A stretch of 64,000 nucleotides of DNA from Longimicrobiales bacterium (GTDB lineage Bacteria; Gemmatimonadota; Gemmatimonadetes; Longimicrobiales; Gaopeijiaceae). The DNA lies in contig JAWLHJ010000003.1 in the NCBI GenBank assembly GCA_041690395.1, positions 384,001 through 448,000 of the forward strand, read 5' to 3'. Position 1 is the stretch's first letter; each line of letters opens with the position of its first letter. Shown piece by piece: positions 47,018-55,661 of the stretch. A model generated the notes under the pieces. That model saw nothing but the letters and a program-made list of their open reading frames with translations. It ran no database searches and was not told the origin of the DNA. The position numbers and the translations under genes are program-made.

Positions 47018-47026
47018 GCCTTTTCC

Positions 47027-48262
47027 ATGGAGTCAATGATGCCAGACCCGCTGTCACGGCCCATCCGGCCGCCCATAGCCCGTCCCCTCCCCTCTGCCAT
47101 ACGCGCGCTCGTCATCGGCGGCGGTGTCGCGGGCCCGGCGGCGGCCGTCGCCCTTCAGCGCGTCGGCATCGACGTCGAGCTCTTCGAGTCTTCCGAGGCG
47201 TCGTCGTCCAGCCCCGGACTCTTCCTCACGCTCGCCGTCAACGGCATGCGCGCCCTGGACCGGCTGGGTCTCCTGGAGGGTGTCCTCGAGCAAGACCCGC
47301 CGCCCGTACCCACACCGTCGCTGGTATTCCAGAGCAGTAGCGGTAAGACGCTGGGCACGGTGCCCAACGGCTGGCTGGACGCCGATACCCCATCCGTCAC
47401 ACTCCCTCGTAGTTCCCTCCATGAGGCCCTGGTGCGCCAGGCAGACCGACGCGGCATCAAGGTGCATCGCGGGCGACGACTCGTCTCCGCAGAAGAGACG
47501 TATGAATCCGTCGTCGCCCGGTTCGAGGACGGCTCCGAGGCCACGGCTGAGTTCCTGGTCGGGGCCGACGGCATCCGCTCGGTGGTCCGCCAGCTCGTCG
47601 ACCCTGCGGCTCCTGTCCCGCGCCACACCGGGCTCATGAACCTGGGCGGAATGCTGGCCGGCTCACCGCTCGACCCGACCCCCGGCGCCATGCATATGCT
47701 GTGGGGGACGAAGGCGTTCTTCGGGCACACAGTAGCTGACGATGGACGAGTGCTGTGGTTCGCCAACGCACCGCCGCCCTCAGTGCCTCCAGGGCCTTCT
47801 TGCGCGGACTGGAAGGAGCACCTCCTCGAGCTCTTCGATGACGACCCGCCGGTGGTGTCCCGGATCATAGGGTCCACACCCCAGGTGGGCGCATGGCCCA
47901 TCGAGGAACTTCCGGAGCTCCCCACCTGGCACTCCAGGCGCATGGTCCTCGTTGGGGACGCCGCCCATGCAGTCTCCCCCAGCACCGGTCAGGGGGCCTC
48001 ACTGGCCATCGAGGACACCGTGGTCCTGGCTCGGGCCTTGGCAGACTCGAGCGACCTGCCCACTGCCTTTCGGCACTACGCCGCTGAACGCAGACCGCGT
48101 ACGACGCGCGTCCTCAAGGTCGGACAACGCCGCGGGGCCTACAAAGCCCCAGCAAACCGCGTCGTACTCTTTCTTCGTGATCTCTGCCTCCCCATCGCCA
48201 TGCCCCTCTTCGCCAACGAAGAGCGGCTTGCCTGGCTCCACGACTACGAGGCCGTCCTATGA
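47027..48262 (+). CDS. FAD-dependent monooxygenase (UbiH/salicylate hydroxylase family)
   Basis: GGGVAG, GADGIRS, LVGDAAH..GQGASLAIED. Confidence 0.92.
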   Translation: MESMMPDPLSRPIRPPIARPLPSAIRALVIGGGVAGPAAAVALQRVGIDVELFESSEASSSSPGLFLTLAVNGMRALDRLGLLEGVLEQDPPPVPTPSLVFQSSSGKTLGTVPNGWLDADTPSVTLPRSSLHEALVRQADRRGIKVHRGRRLVSAEETYESVVARFEDGSEATAEFLVGADGIRSVVRQLVDPAAPVPRHTGLMNLGGMLAGSPLDPTPGAMHMLWGTKAFFGHTVADDGRVLWFANAPPPSVPPGPSCADWKEHLLELFDDDPPVVSRIIGSTPQVGAWPIEELPELPTWHSRRMVLVGDAAHAVSPSTGQGASLAIEDTVVLARALADSSDLPTAFRHYAAERRPRTTRVLKVGQRRGAYKAPANRVVLFLRDLCLPIAMPLFANEERLAWLHDYEAVL

Positions 48263-49701
48263 ATCTCCTGCACACGCTGCGCTACTGGACACTCGCGACC
48301 CTCCTTCTTCACGTCGGATGTGCGCCCGGACCCAACGCCCCCGGGCACGCATCGTTCGTGTATCCGCTTCCCATCCCACCCCTGGCCGAGTCCCGTCGGG
48401 ACGGAGAAGGCCGCGTCGAGTTCCGACTCGAGGCGCGAGAAGGCACCCGTGAGTTCCGCGCCGGTTACCGGACGGCCACGCGGGGGCTCAATGACGACCA
48501 TCTTGGTCCTACGCTGAGGATGGCGCGTGGCGACGAGGTCGTGGTGCACCTCACCAACGCCCTGCCCGAGGCCACGACCATGCACTGGCACGGCATGGAA
48601 CTGCCCGCCGTCATGGATGGCGGTCCTCATCAGATGGTGGAGCCCGGCGCCACGTGGTCGCCGACGTGGACCGTGCGTCAGCCGGCGGCCACCCTCTGGT
48701 ATCATCCCCACCCCCACGGGGCCACGGAGCGTCACGTGTACAGCGGAATGGTGGGCATGATTCTCATCGACGACGACGGCTCCTTTTCCGACGGGGCCCT
48801 GCCGGACACGTACGGAGTGGACGATGTCCCGGTGCTGGTTCAGGACGTCACGCTGGACGCGGACGGACAACTTGTCCGGCACAAGCCCTGGTACAACCAG
48901 GTCGGCCCCCTGGGCGAGATGGTCCTCGTGAACGGAGCTGTCACTCCGTATCACGATGTCGGCGACGAGCTCATCCGACTAAGGCTGCTGAACGCCTCGC
49001 TCTCGCGCGTCTACGCCTTCGGGCTCTCGGATGGTCGCGCGTTCCACGTGGTCGCCTCCGACGGCGGGCTCCTCACCGAGCCGCTCCTGACTGAACGTAT
49101 CCGACTGTCTCCCGGCGAGCGGGCGGACATCGTCGTACGGATGGAGGGTGGGGACACCATCCGACTTACAAGCCATTCGCCGGAGCTCGGGACCGACTTC
49201 GTCAACAACCGGTTGGCCGGAGGCCAGGACCGGTTCGAGCTCCTGGAGCTCCGGGCGAGCGACACCCTTAGCACCTCCCCGCCCCTCCCTACGCGTCTCG
49301 CCCGCATCGAAGCGCCTGACCCATCCGCGGCCGACAGAGTCCGGTCATTCAAGGTCTCCTCGTCCACCATCAACGGGCTATCCATGGACATGCGCCGCAT
49401 CGATGCGCACATCCACCGGGGTGCCACGGAGATCTGGGAGGTGGGGGGTATCGCCGTGCCGCACAACTTCCACGTCCACGGCGTCCGGTTCCGCATCCTG
49501 GACATGGACGGACACCGACCGCCGCCGGAGTTCGCGGGCTGGAAGGATACGGTATACCTCGACCCCGATACGGTGACGCGCCTGCTTATCACGTTCCCCG
49601 AGCAAGAGGACGACGTACCCTTCATGTTCCACTGCCACTTCCTGCGACACGAGGACGACGGGGCCATGGGCCAGTTCCTCGTGGGCTCGGAGCGCCCATG
49701 A
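48259..49701 (+). CDS. Multicopper oxidase (CueO/bilirubin oxidase-like)
   Basis: HWHG, WYHPH, HNFHVH, HCHFLRHEDDGAM. Confidence 0.92.
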   Translation: MNLLHTLRYWTLATLLLHVGCAPGPNAPGHASFVYPLPIPPLAESRRDGEGRVEFRLEAREGTREFRAGYRTATRGLNDDHLGPTLRMARGDEVVVHLTNALPEATTMHWHGMELPAVMDGGPHQMVEPGATWSPTWTVRQPAATLWYHPHPHGATERHVYSGMVGMILIDDDGSFSDGALPDTYGVDDVPVLVQDVTLDADGQLVRHKPWYNQVGPLGEMVLVNGAVTPYHDVGDELIRLRLLNASLSRVYAFGLSDGRAFHVVASDGGLLTEPLLTERIRLSPGERADIVVRMEGGDTIRLTSHSPELGTDFVNNRLAGGQDRFELLELRASDTLSTSPPLPTRLARIEAPDPSAADRVRSFKVSSSTINGLSMDMRRIDAHIHRGATEIWEVGGIAVPHNFHVHGVRFRILDMDGHRPPPEFAGWKDTVYLDPDTVTRLLITFPEQEDDVPFMFHCHFLRHEDDGAMGQFLVGSERP

Positions 49702-49980
49702 CGATGAAGACGAACCCCAGCCGATTGCCTGACGTATCCCTCGCGCTGACGGCGGTAGCCTTCGGGCTCCCTGGCCTGGCACCCCACTGCCCTCCTCCTG
49801 CAGGTGCTGGCGTTCGCGGGGCTATTCCTCGGCCGCGTCTACGTCCTGGTGGCAGATGGCGCGCCGGAACGCACCACTCTCGGCCTCATGACCCTGGAAC
49901 GGCTAGGCGTGATCATCGGTCTCGTTGCCTACCACGCGTCGTCCCGTCCTCCGCCAGAGAGCGACGGCAGCGATCGCTGA
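49698..49980 (+). pseudogene. Frameshifted, internally deleted DUF4345-like membrane protein
   Basis: N-terminus SLALTAVAFGLPGLA, then in another frame ALLLQVLAFAGLFLGRVYVLVADGAP..LMTLE. Confidence 0.5.
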
Positions 49981-50069
49981 AGGCACAGCCACCAACCAGA
50001 ACGCCAGGCCCGCGAGCACGGCCGGCATGATGCCGGCCATCGCCTCGAAACCATGGCCGCCACCTACCC

Positions 50070-51422
50070 TCAATCCGCCAACGTCCGCACGAGCCGCGCG
50101 AAGTCGCCGAACCCGTCCCGGTCCGGATCGTAGTCGGCCCCGCCCTCGATCATGCGGACGCCGACGAGTCGCTCCTCGGGATAGATGACCAGGTACTGAC
50201 CGAGGAAGCCGGAAGCGAGAGCGCCCACCACTCCACCTCCGTCGTCCTCGTCGCGGATGAGCCACCAGAGGAGCCCGGCGCTCGGATTGTGCTCCGAGCC
50301 CGGCGAAACGCTCTCCTCGAACCACGACGCCTGGATGAGCTGCTCTCCCTCCCACTCGCCGCGCTGAAGGACGAGCTGTCCGAGCTTGGCCAGGTCCTCC
50401 GGGCGTATCTGCAGGCCCGCCATTCCGTGCGGATTATTGGCGTCGTCCAGGCTCCAGGTGGCGTCGGTGATGCCCAGGGGCCGAAAGATCTCGTCCTGGA
50501 GCAGCGTGTCCATGCGGCGGCCGGCTGCCTCGCCGATCACTCCAGCGAGCAGGTTCGTGGCGTTGTTGTTGTACTCGAACATCGTACCGGGCTCGGACAC
50601 GAGCTCCGAGTCGAGCGCGTAGCCCACGAAGTCACCACTCTCGTAGATCGGATTCGTAGGCAATGGAGACGCGAGCCCTGACGTGTGGTTCATCAGATGC
50701 CGAATCGTGACACGCGCCTTCTCCCCCTCCGACCACGTCGGATAGAAGTCATGGACGGGCGTGTCGAGGGACTCGAGAAGCCCGGTGGTGAGGAGCCGGC
50801 CGACGGCGAGGTTGACCACCGACTTCGTGGCGGACATCGCTTCGATACGGCGAGACTCGTCAGCCGCCAGCCAGGATCCGACGAGCTCGCCGTCGTGAAG
50901 CACGACCATGGCGCTCGAGCGACTTGCGGTGGCGGCATCCATCAGAGCCTCGAGGGCGGCCCGGTCCACCCGCTCCACGGCCGGGCCTTCGCGCACCGTC
51001 GCAAACCCCTCCGGGTTCCCCGCAGCCTCCGCTTTCTGCTCCCGGTAGGCCGACCAGGCCGAGGTTCCCGCCCGGTACAGCGTGAGCGGAGCCTCCATGC
51101 CGTTTCGGTCTCCGAAGGTCACCGCGCCCGTGATGGAATCCCCATGCACCACGCCTTTGAACGTACGTTGCGGTGTGAGCGTCAGCGTAAGCGCACGCTC
51201 ATCGAGCTCCACCCTCGCGACAGGGACGTCTCGCACCCCTTCGGCGGGAACCGAGAGGGTCGCGTCCCACGAGTCGGCCGCGCCCGAGAATGAGACCTCG
51301 AACGTGAGTGCCAGCGGATCAAGCCTCAACGGCCCTTCCCATTCACCCTGCAGGTCCGGAGGCACTCCCGGCGCAGTGGCCGCGATGATCACGAATCCCG
51401 CCAGCGCGCACATCAACTTCAT
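50070..51422 (-). CDS. Serine hydrolase, beta-lactamase/AmpC family, secreted
   Basis: SATK (SxxK), HLMNHTSG, FEYNN, ASGFLGQ. Confidence 0.88.
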   Translation of the reverse strand: MKLMCALAGFVIIAATAPGVPPDLQGEWEGPLRLDPLALTFEVSFSGAADSWDATLSVPAEGVRDVPVARVELDERALTLTLTPQRTFKGVVHGDSITGAVTFGDRNGMEAPLTLYRAGTSAWSAYREQKAEAAGNPEGFATVREGPAVERVDRAALEALMDAATASRSSAMVVLHDGELVGSWLAADESRRIEAMSATKSVVNLAVGRLLTTGLLESLDTPVHDFYPTWSEGEKARVTIRHLMNHTSGLASPLPTNPIYESGDFVGYALDSELVSEPGTMFEYNNNATNLLAGVIGEAAGRRMDTLLQDEIFRPLGITDATWSLDDANNPHGMAGLQIRPEDLAKLGQLVLQRGEWEGEQLIQASWFEESVSPGSEHNPSAGLLWWLIRDEDDGGGVVGALASGFLGQYLVIYPEERLVGVRMIEGGADYDPDRDGFGDFARLVRTLAD

Positions 51423-51472
51423 CCCTACCTCCCCATCCCGATCGAAAGAGCGACGAACTCGTTTCCATTGTC

Positions 51473-51556
51473 TACGAGGCGATCCGCCGTCGGGATTCAC
51501 GGCGCAAGCACCTTGTCCGCCATGCGATCTGAATCGGATCGAGGCCCCTGCCCGTA
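51473..51556. promoter_or_regulatory. Back-to-back ECF-type promoters
   Basis: TGAATC-N17-CGTA on minus (51473-51499) and on plus (51530-51556). Confidence 0.55.
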
Positions 51557-51623
51557 TGGAGGGGCGACCACATGGTGACCGCACGGCAGCGGGACCTTCA
51601 GAAACGACCCAAGGAGCTGGATC

Positions 51624-52622
51624 ATGCGTGGATACCGCGCGGCAGGACTGCTGTTGTTCAGCAGCTTCGCCATCGCTTCAGGCCCGACGCCAGTCACGGC
51701 ACAACAGGACGATGTCGTGGGCCCTCGCTCAGACCTACCGGCGACGGAAGTCCGTGTCGTCGACCTGACGCCTCGCTTCCTCGCGTTCTACGACGCGGCG
51801 TTAGAGGAGAACGCGGATGAGGCGAGGCGGTGGGAGCTCTGGCAAGAGATGTACGGTTTCGCCGCCCTGCCTCCCGTACCCGAGCGGGACTCCCTGGCCC
51901 GCCAGATGCTTGCCGGCGCCTGGCCACGGTATCCAAGCGTCATCGATCGCATCCGGGAGGGAGCGGAAGCGATACGGCCCACGCCGGATTCCATACTCCG
52001 AGCCGTGGCCACACGCCTTGAAGCGGATGAGCCCGTTCGCGTGGAGCTGCTCGTCTTCGCCGGCGACGTGGCGAGTGGCGGGTTCTTCGCGCCTCAGGAC
52101 GGCCGGATGGTGGTCGCGCTCCCCGTGGAAGAGGAGCCCGACCAGCGAACACAGACGCTCGTCCACGAGTTCACGCACGTGGCCCATCACGCGCTGGGGC
52201 ACCTTTCCGAGGGCTGGGAGCGAAGCCTCGCACGTACCCTGTTCGCCGAGGGACTCGCCAACCGCATGCAGCAGGCGTTCTTCCCCGACCGTCCGGCCGC
52301 GGCGTTCGTCGAGCACCGCCCCGGTTGGTTCGCGGAGGCCGAGGCCCGGGAGGCAGCCATCCTGCGCGGCCTTCGCGAGTCGTTGACGGACGCGAGCTCC
52401 GACCAGGTGATGCGGTTCACCATGGGGACCGGGACGACCGGCATCGAGCGAGAGGCGTACTACGCCGGCTGGGTGGTCGTCGGGTACCTCCTCGAGCACG
52501 GCTGGGACCTCTCGGAGCTCGCTAGGGTGCCCGAGGATGAGATCACCCAGCTGGTCGCTCAGACCATCGACGACCTGCTCGACCGACGAGCGGATCGCTC
52601 CAGCCCCATCGACAACGCGTGA
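51624..52622 (+). CDS. Secreted Zn-dependent protease (DUF2268-like)
   Basis: AAGGAG RBS, signal peptide, HEFTH..EGLA..YYAG. Confidence 0.75.
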   Translation: MRGYRAAGLLLFSSFAIASGPTPVTAQQDDVVGPRSDLPATEVRVVDLTPRFLAFYDAALEENADEARRWELWQEMYGFAALPPVPERDSLARQMLAGAWPRYPSVIDRIREGAEAIRPTPDSILRAVATRLEADEPVRVELLVFAGDVASGGFFAPQDGRMVVALPVEEEPDQRTQTLVHEFTHVAHHALGHLSEGWERSLARTLFAEGLANRMQQAFFPDRPAAAFVEHRPGWFAEAEAREAAILRGLRESLTDASSDQVMRFTMGTGTTGIEREAYYAGWVVVGYLLEHGWDLSELARVPEDEITQLVAQTIDDLLDRRADRSSPIDNA

Positions 52623-52644
52623 ACTCTATCGAAGAGGTGCTTGG

Positions 52645-53421
52645 TCACGATCGCTCTGCCGTAAGGGCCAGGAACAATGGGATGTCTCGGTTCGGCTCCC
52701 CACCCTGCTTGTCCCGCCCATCCCGCGACCGCTCCGAATCGAGGCCGGGGATCTCGGCGAGGCGACGCACGCTGAACCCAAGCTCCGCCAGGGCATCGAC
52801 GTAGTCCTGCAGGGGCCGATGATAGCTCCGGGTCTTCCCCCGGTTTCTCCCTTTCCCGTGGGATTTCATCGGGACGGCCAGAGGCGTCAGATATCGATCG
52901 ACCCGTCGAAAGGAGAGCTTCCGGGACGCGTCCCACGCCCAACCGCTCTGTCGGGGCACACGGAAACACGGGTGCGTCATCAGCATGACGATGCGCCCGT
53001 TAGGCTTGAGCGCCCAGGCGGCTGACGCGAGGACCTCGTCGAGCGGCTCGATGTCCTGGATGCTCAGGAGGAACGTGGCCGCGTCGAACGCTTCCGGCCC
53101 GAGTCCGTCGGTGCGGCGGAGGCAGGTGGCGTCGGCCCGCAGGAACCGAGCCTTTCGGGGTTGAACCTTACGTGCATACCGCACCAAACGCGCGCTCAAG
53201 TCCACGCCGGTGTAGCGACTCCCAGCCTCGATCACGGGTCGGCACAGCGCTCCGGTGCCGCACCCGACGTCGAGGATGTGCTCACCCGGTCTCGGGCCCA
53301 ACAGGCCGAGCAGCTCCGGAATGGCGATCTCGATGTGATGGCGGCTGCCGCGTGGTCCCACCCATCCGGCGTACCAGTCAGCAACCGGGTCCCAACTCCC
53401 ACTCCTTCTCTTCTTGCCCAT
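52645..53421 (-). CDS. Class I SAM-dependent methyltransferase
   Basis: ILDVGCGTG, GVDLS, ADA; SWDPVADWY, HPCFRVPRQSGW, YHRPL, IPLFL. Confidence 0.9.
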   Translation of the reverse strand: MGKKRRSGSWDPVADWYAGWVGPRGSRHHIEIAIPELLGLLGPRPGEHILDVGCGTGALCRPVIEAGSRYTGVDLSARLVRYARKVQPRKARFLRADATCLRRTDGLGPEAFDAATFLLSIQDIEPLDEVLASAAWALKPNGRIVMLMTHPCFRVPRQSGWAWDASRKLSFRRVDRYLTPLAVPMKSHGKGRNRGKTRSYHRPLQDYVDALAELGFSVRRLAEIPGLDSERSRDGRDKQGGEPNRDIPLFLALTAERS

Positions 53422-53690
53422 GGCTCTTCATCCGTTCCAGCGCTCCAGTTCAGTAGAAATCGGAGGGCACGCCAGACGGACGGAGTCCATCCTCAAGGAG
53501 GGGCAAACGCACGGACAGGACGCGATTGGCCTTCCCGGATGGGAAGGCGCGAGACTCGCTAGTGGACGTCCGAGCGATCAGGGCCCGCGGCTCGAATGGG
53601 GTCGCGGGACTCCCCACCTACCTAGAGGCGTGCCGAGGCCTCGAGGCGGATGCGGATGAAGATGGCCGTGTGCTGGGTAAGAATGCTCAT
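53422..53690 (-). promoter_or_regulatory. Structured 5' leader / translational attenuator of the methyltransferase
   Basis: Nested inverted repeats 53425-34/53653-62, 53466-73/53627-34 and 53482-88/53607-13, plus a hairpin at 53530-53549. Confidence 0.7.
53622..53690 (-). CDS. Leader peptide MSILTQHTAIFIRIRLEASARL (22 aa, leaderless)
   Basis: ATG lies 6 nt after a TACAAT -10 box; its codons 10-13 are complementary to the downstream RBS region. Confidence 0.65.
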   Translation of the reverse strand: MSILTQHTAIFIRIRLEASARL

Positions 53691-54625
53691 GAAGCCATTG
53701 TAGCCACGGTTCCGCGCGAGTCCAAGGCTGACTGAAAAGCGCGGATGAGCTGTGGAGCCAACCGGAAGGGAACCGCGCCAGCCGTCGCTTGGTCCACCGT
53801 TCCGCTGAGGAACAGATCCAACTCCGGAGCATGAAACAGCCAGGATCCCGTCGACCCCGTGTGGCCGACCACGGCTGGTACGGGACGGAACGGATTGAGG
53901 AACCGGGATGCACGGAAGCGCATCATGCCAAGGCCATATTCGATGGGCCAGGGTGGTAGCCGCAAAGCGGTCCGGTCCAATGGGAATCCGAAGCGGTTCC
54001 AGCGTTCCTGCATGAGCCGCGACGTCGCCTCGTCATCGAAGGCGTCGCCACCGAGTAGGGCACGAAGGAACAGAATGGTGTCGTCCACCGTGCTGTAGAG
54101 GTCGCCGAGCGACGCGAGGACCAGTGGTTTGTCCATCGGCTCGCCTCCAACCCATGGCGTCGCCGCCAAGGGCGTCGGGTCAAGCGGCGGGTGCCCTGGC
54201 AGCCACGTGTGGTGAAGCCCGAGCGGCCGGAACAGCATGTCCTCGTAGACACGCCCCAAAGGCTTCCCGGTAACCGCTTCGATGATGGCCATCAGCAAGC
54301 GGAAGTTCGTATCAGAGTACCGGGCCCTCACGCGTGCCGCTTTGAATGCCTGGGGGGCAAAATGCGGTCTGAGCTCGTTCCGCACGGTGTGCGTCACGAG
54401 CTCGATGTCTAGCCTGCGGTCTTCGCCCTTAAAGACGCGCTCCAAAAGGCAGGGCCCGTGCTTCGGATAATCCTCCAGCCAGTCCGGTAGGCCCGACGTG
54501 TGACTGAGCAGGTGGCGTGGGGTGATCCGCTCGGTATAGTCGACGCCGTCCAGGCGGTGGAGTCCCCTTCACGTGGCGGCGGTGATCCGCTCGCCCGAGA
54601 CGGATCTGTTCCTCCCGCCACATCG
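53687..54625 (-). pseudogene. Truncated serine hydrolase (beta-lactamase family)
   Basis: Frame extends upstream to GLHRLDGVDY..HLLSHTSGLPDW and contains YSDTN and GHTG. An in-frame TGA lies near 54570 and the SxxK N-terminus is missing. Confidence 0.7.
53697..53725 (-). promoter_or_regulatory. Sigma-70 promoter (leaderless transcript)
   Basis: TTGGAC-N17-TACAAT-N6-ATG. Confidence 0.7.
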
Positions 54626-54731
54626 AGGCACGAGGTGACCCGTCCGTCCTGACATGGCGCATCGAGCGCCTCAGGTCTATCTGTTCCCAACGGTCGATCA
54701 CACTCGCTCGCCCTCAGCATCCCTTTCATCC

Positions 54732-55661
54732 ATGGATCGAACCTTGAGGGATCGTCGCCCCCTGGAGGTCCACGGCCGCGCCCTGACCGCCTTCGACGGA
54801 GTCCGCCGGGCCTTGGCCACGGGCGGGCTGCGGGCAATCTGCGTGGTGGCCGTCGGGCTGACCGCGCCCGCATGCGGCCTCCGCGGGCAGGAACCTCCGT
54901 CGCCCCGTCAGCTGGTCGCGACGATCCAGCAGGCGGGAAGTATCATGCCGGTCGTCAGCCACCTGAGCCTCGATACGTGTCCGGGCGGCCGGACCGAAAG
55001 CGTGTTCGACGTGATCTCGGAAGCGGAACTCCCTCCGAGCGCGATGGCCGAGTTGGCGGCATTCTGGCGCCCTCTTCTGGATCGGTGTGGCTCCACCGCG
55101 TTGCAGCGTTGGTACGATCGCGCGCTCGGAACCATGCTCGACGCCAACGACCCTGGTGCCAGAGCTCACTTTCTCGAGTTCCTGCCCACCGACCTCTCGG
55201 CCGAATCCAGAGCGGCTCTTTGGCGTGCAGCTGAACGGGAGTCCGTGGGGAGCCTGCCCCGGGGACAAATGGCGTCCCGCGCGGTGCGAAGCGACGATAC
55301 CGCTCAGCGCATCGCATTGACAGTCGAGGCCTTTCGCGGTCGCGACATGTCCGCGGACTGGATCTATGAGGAATCGGGAGTCGTGCTTCGGGAGGATGCC
55401 GAAGGCTATCTCACGGTTCTGGCCCATCGGTCCGTGGACTTCGAAGATGCCCGGCTATCCGTCGTCCTCGGGGTGATCAACGCCCACGTGCGGGCCGGGG
55501 CGATCGACGAGGAAAGTCCAGCCCTGGGGACGCTGAGAAGCGCGATTGCCGGGCGCACGGGGATCTCCGCAGAGCTGCGAGCGCTGCGCAGAGGATTTTT
55601 CCTCTCCGATGAACCTGGCGTGGTGGATGCGGCGGAACCCCACCGGGAGTGTAACGCATGA
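54732..55661 (+). CDS. Hypothetical helical protein, possible lipoprotein
   Basis: Hydrophobic stretch ending APAC; ATGA coupling to the next gene. Start uncertain. Confidence 0.5.
   Translation: MDRTLRDRRPLEVHGRALTAFDGVRRALATGGLRAICVVAVGLTAPACGLRGQEPPSPRQLVATIQQAGSIMPVVSHLSLDTCPGGRTESVFDVISEAELPPSAMAELAAFWRPLLDRCGSTALQRWYDRALGTMLDANDPGARAHFLEFLPTDLSAESRAALWRAAERESVGSLPRGQMASRAVRSDDTAQRIALTVEAFRGRDMSADWIYEESGVVLREDAEGYLTVLAHRSVDFEDARLSVVLGVINAHVRAGAIDEESPALGTLRSAIAGRTGISAELRALRRGFFLSDEPGVVDAAEPHRECNA

Noticed and set aside
49903..50355. Minus-strand ORF with a hydrophobic C-terminus
   Set aside because: Overlaps the serine hydrolase and the DUF4345-like remnant; no clear RBS or family motif.
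50070..51422. Bona fide beta-lactamase resistance gene
   Set aside because: SxxK/YxN define a broad serine hydrolase family; the substrate cannot be inferred from sequence.
53422..53690. tRNA or known metabolite riboswitch (e.g. SAM) upstream of the methyltransferase
   Set aside because: No cloverleaf or T-loop and no SAM riboswitch consensus recognised; the uORF/anti-RBS model explains the pairings. An Rfam scan would settle it.
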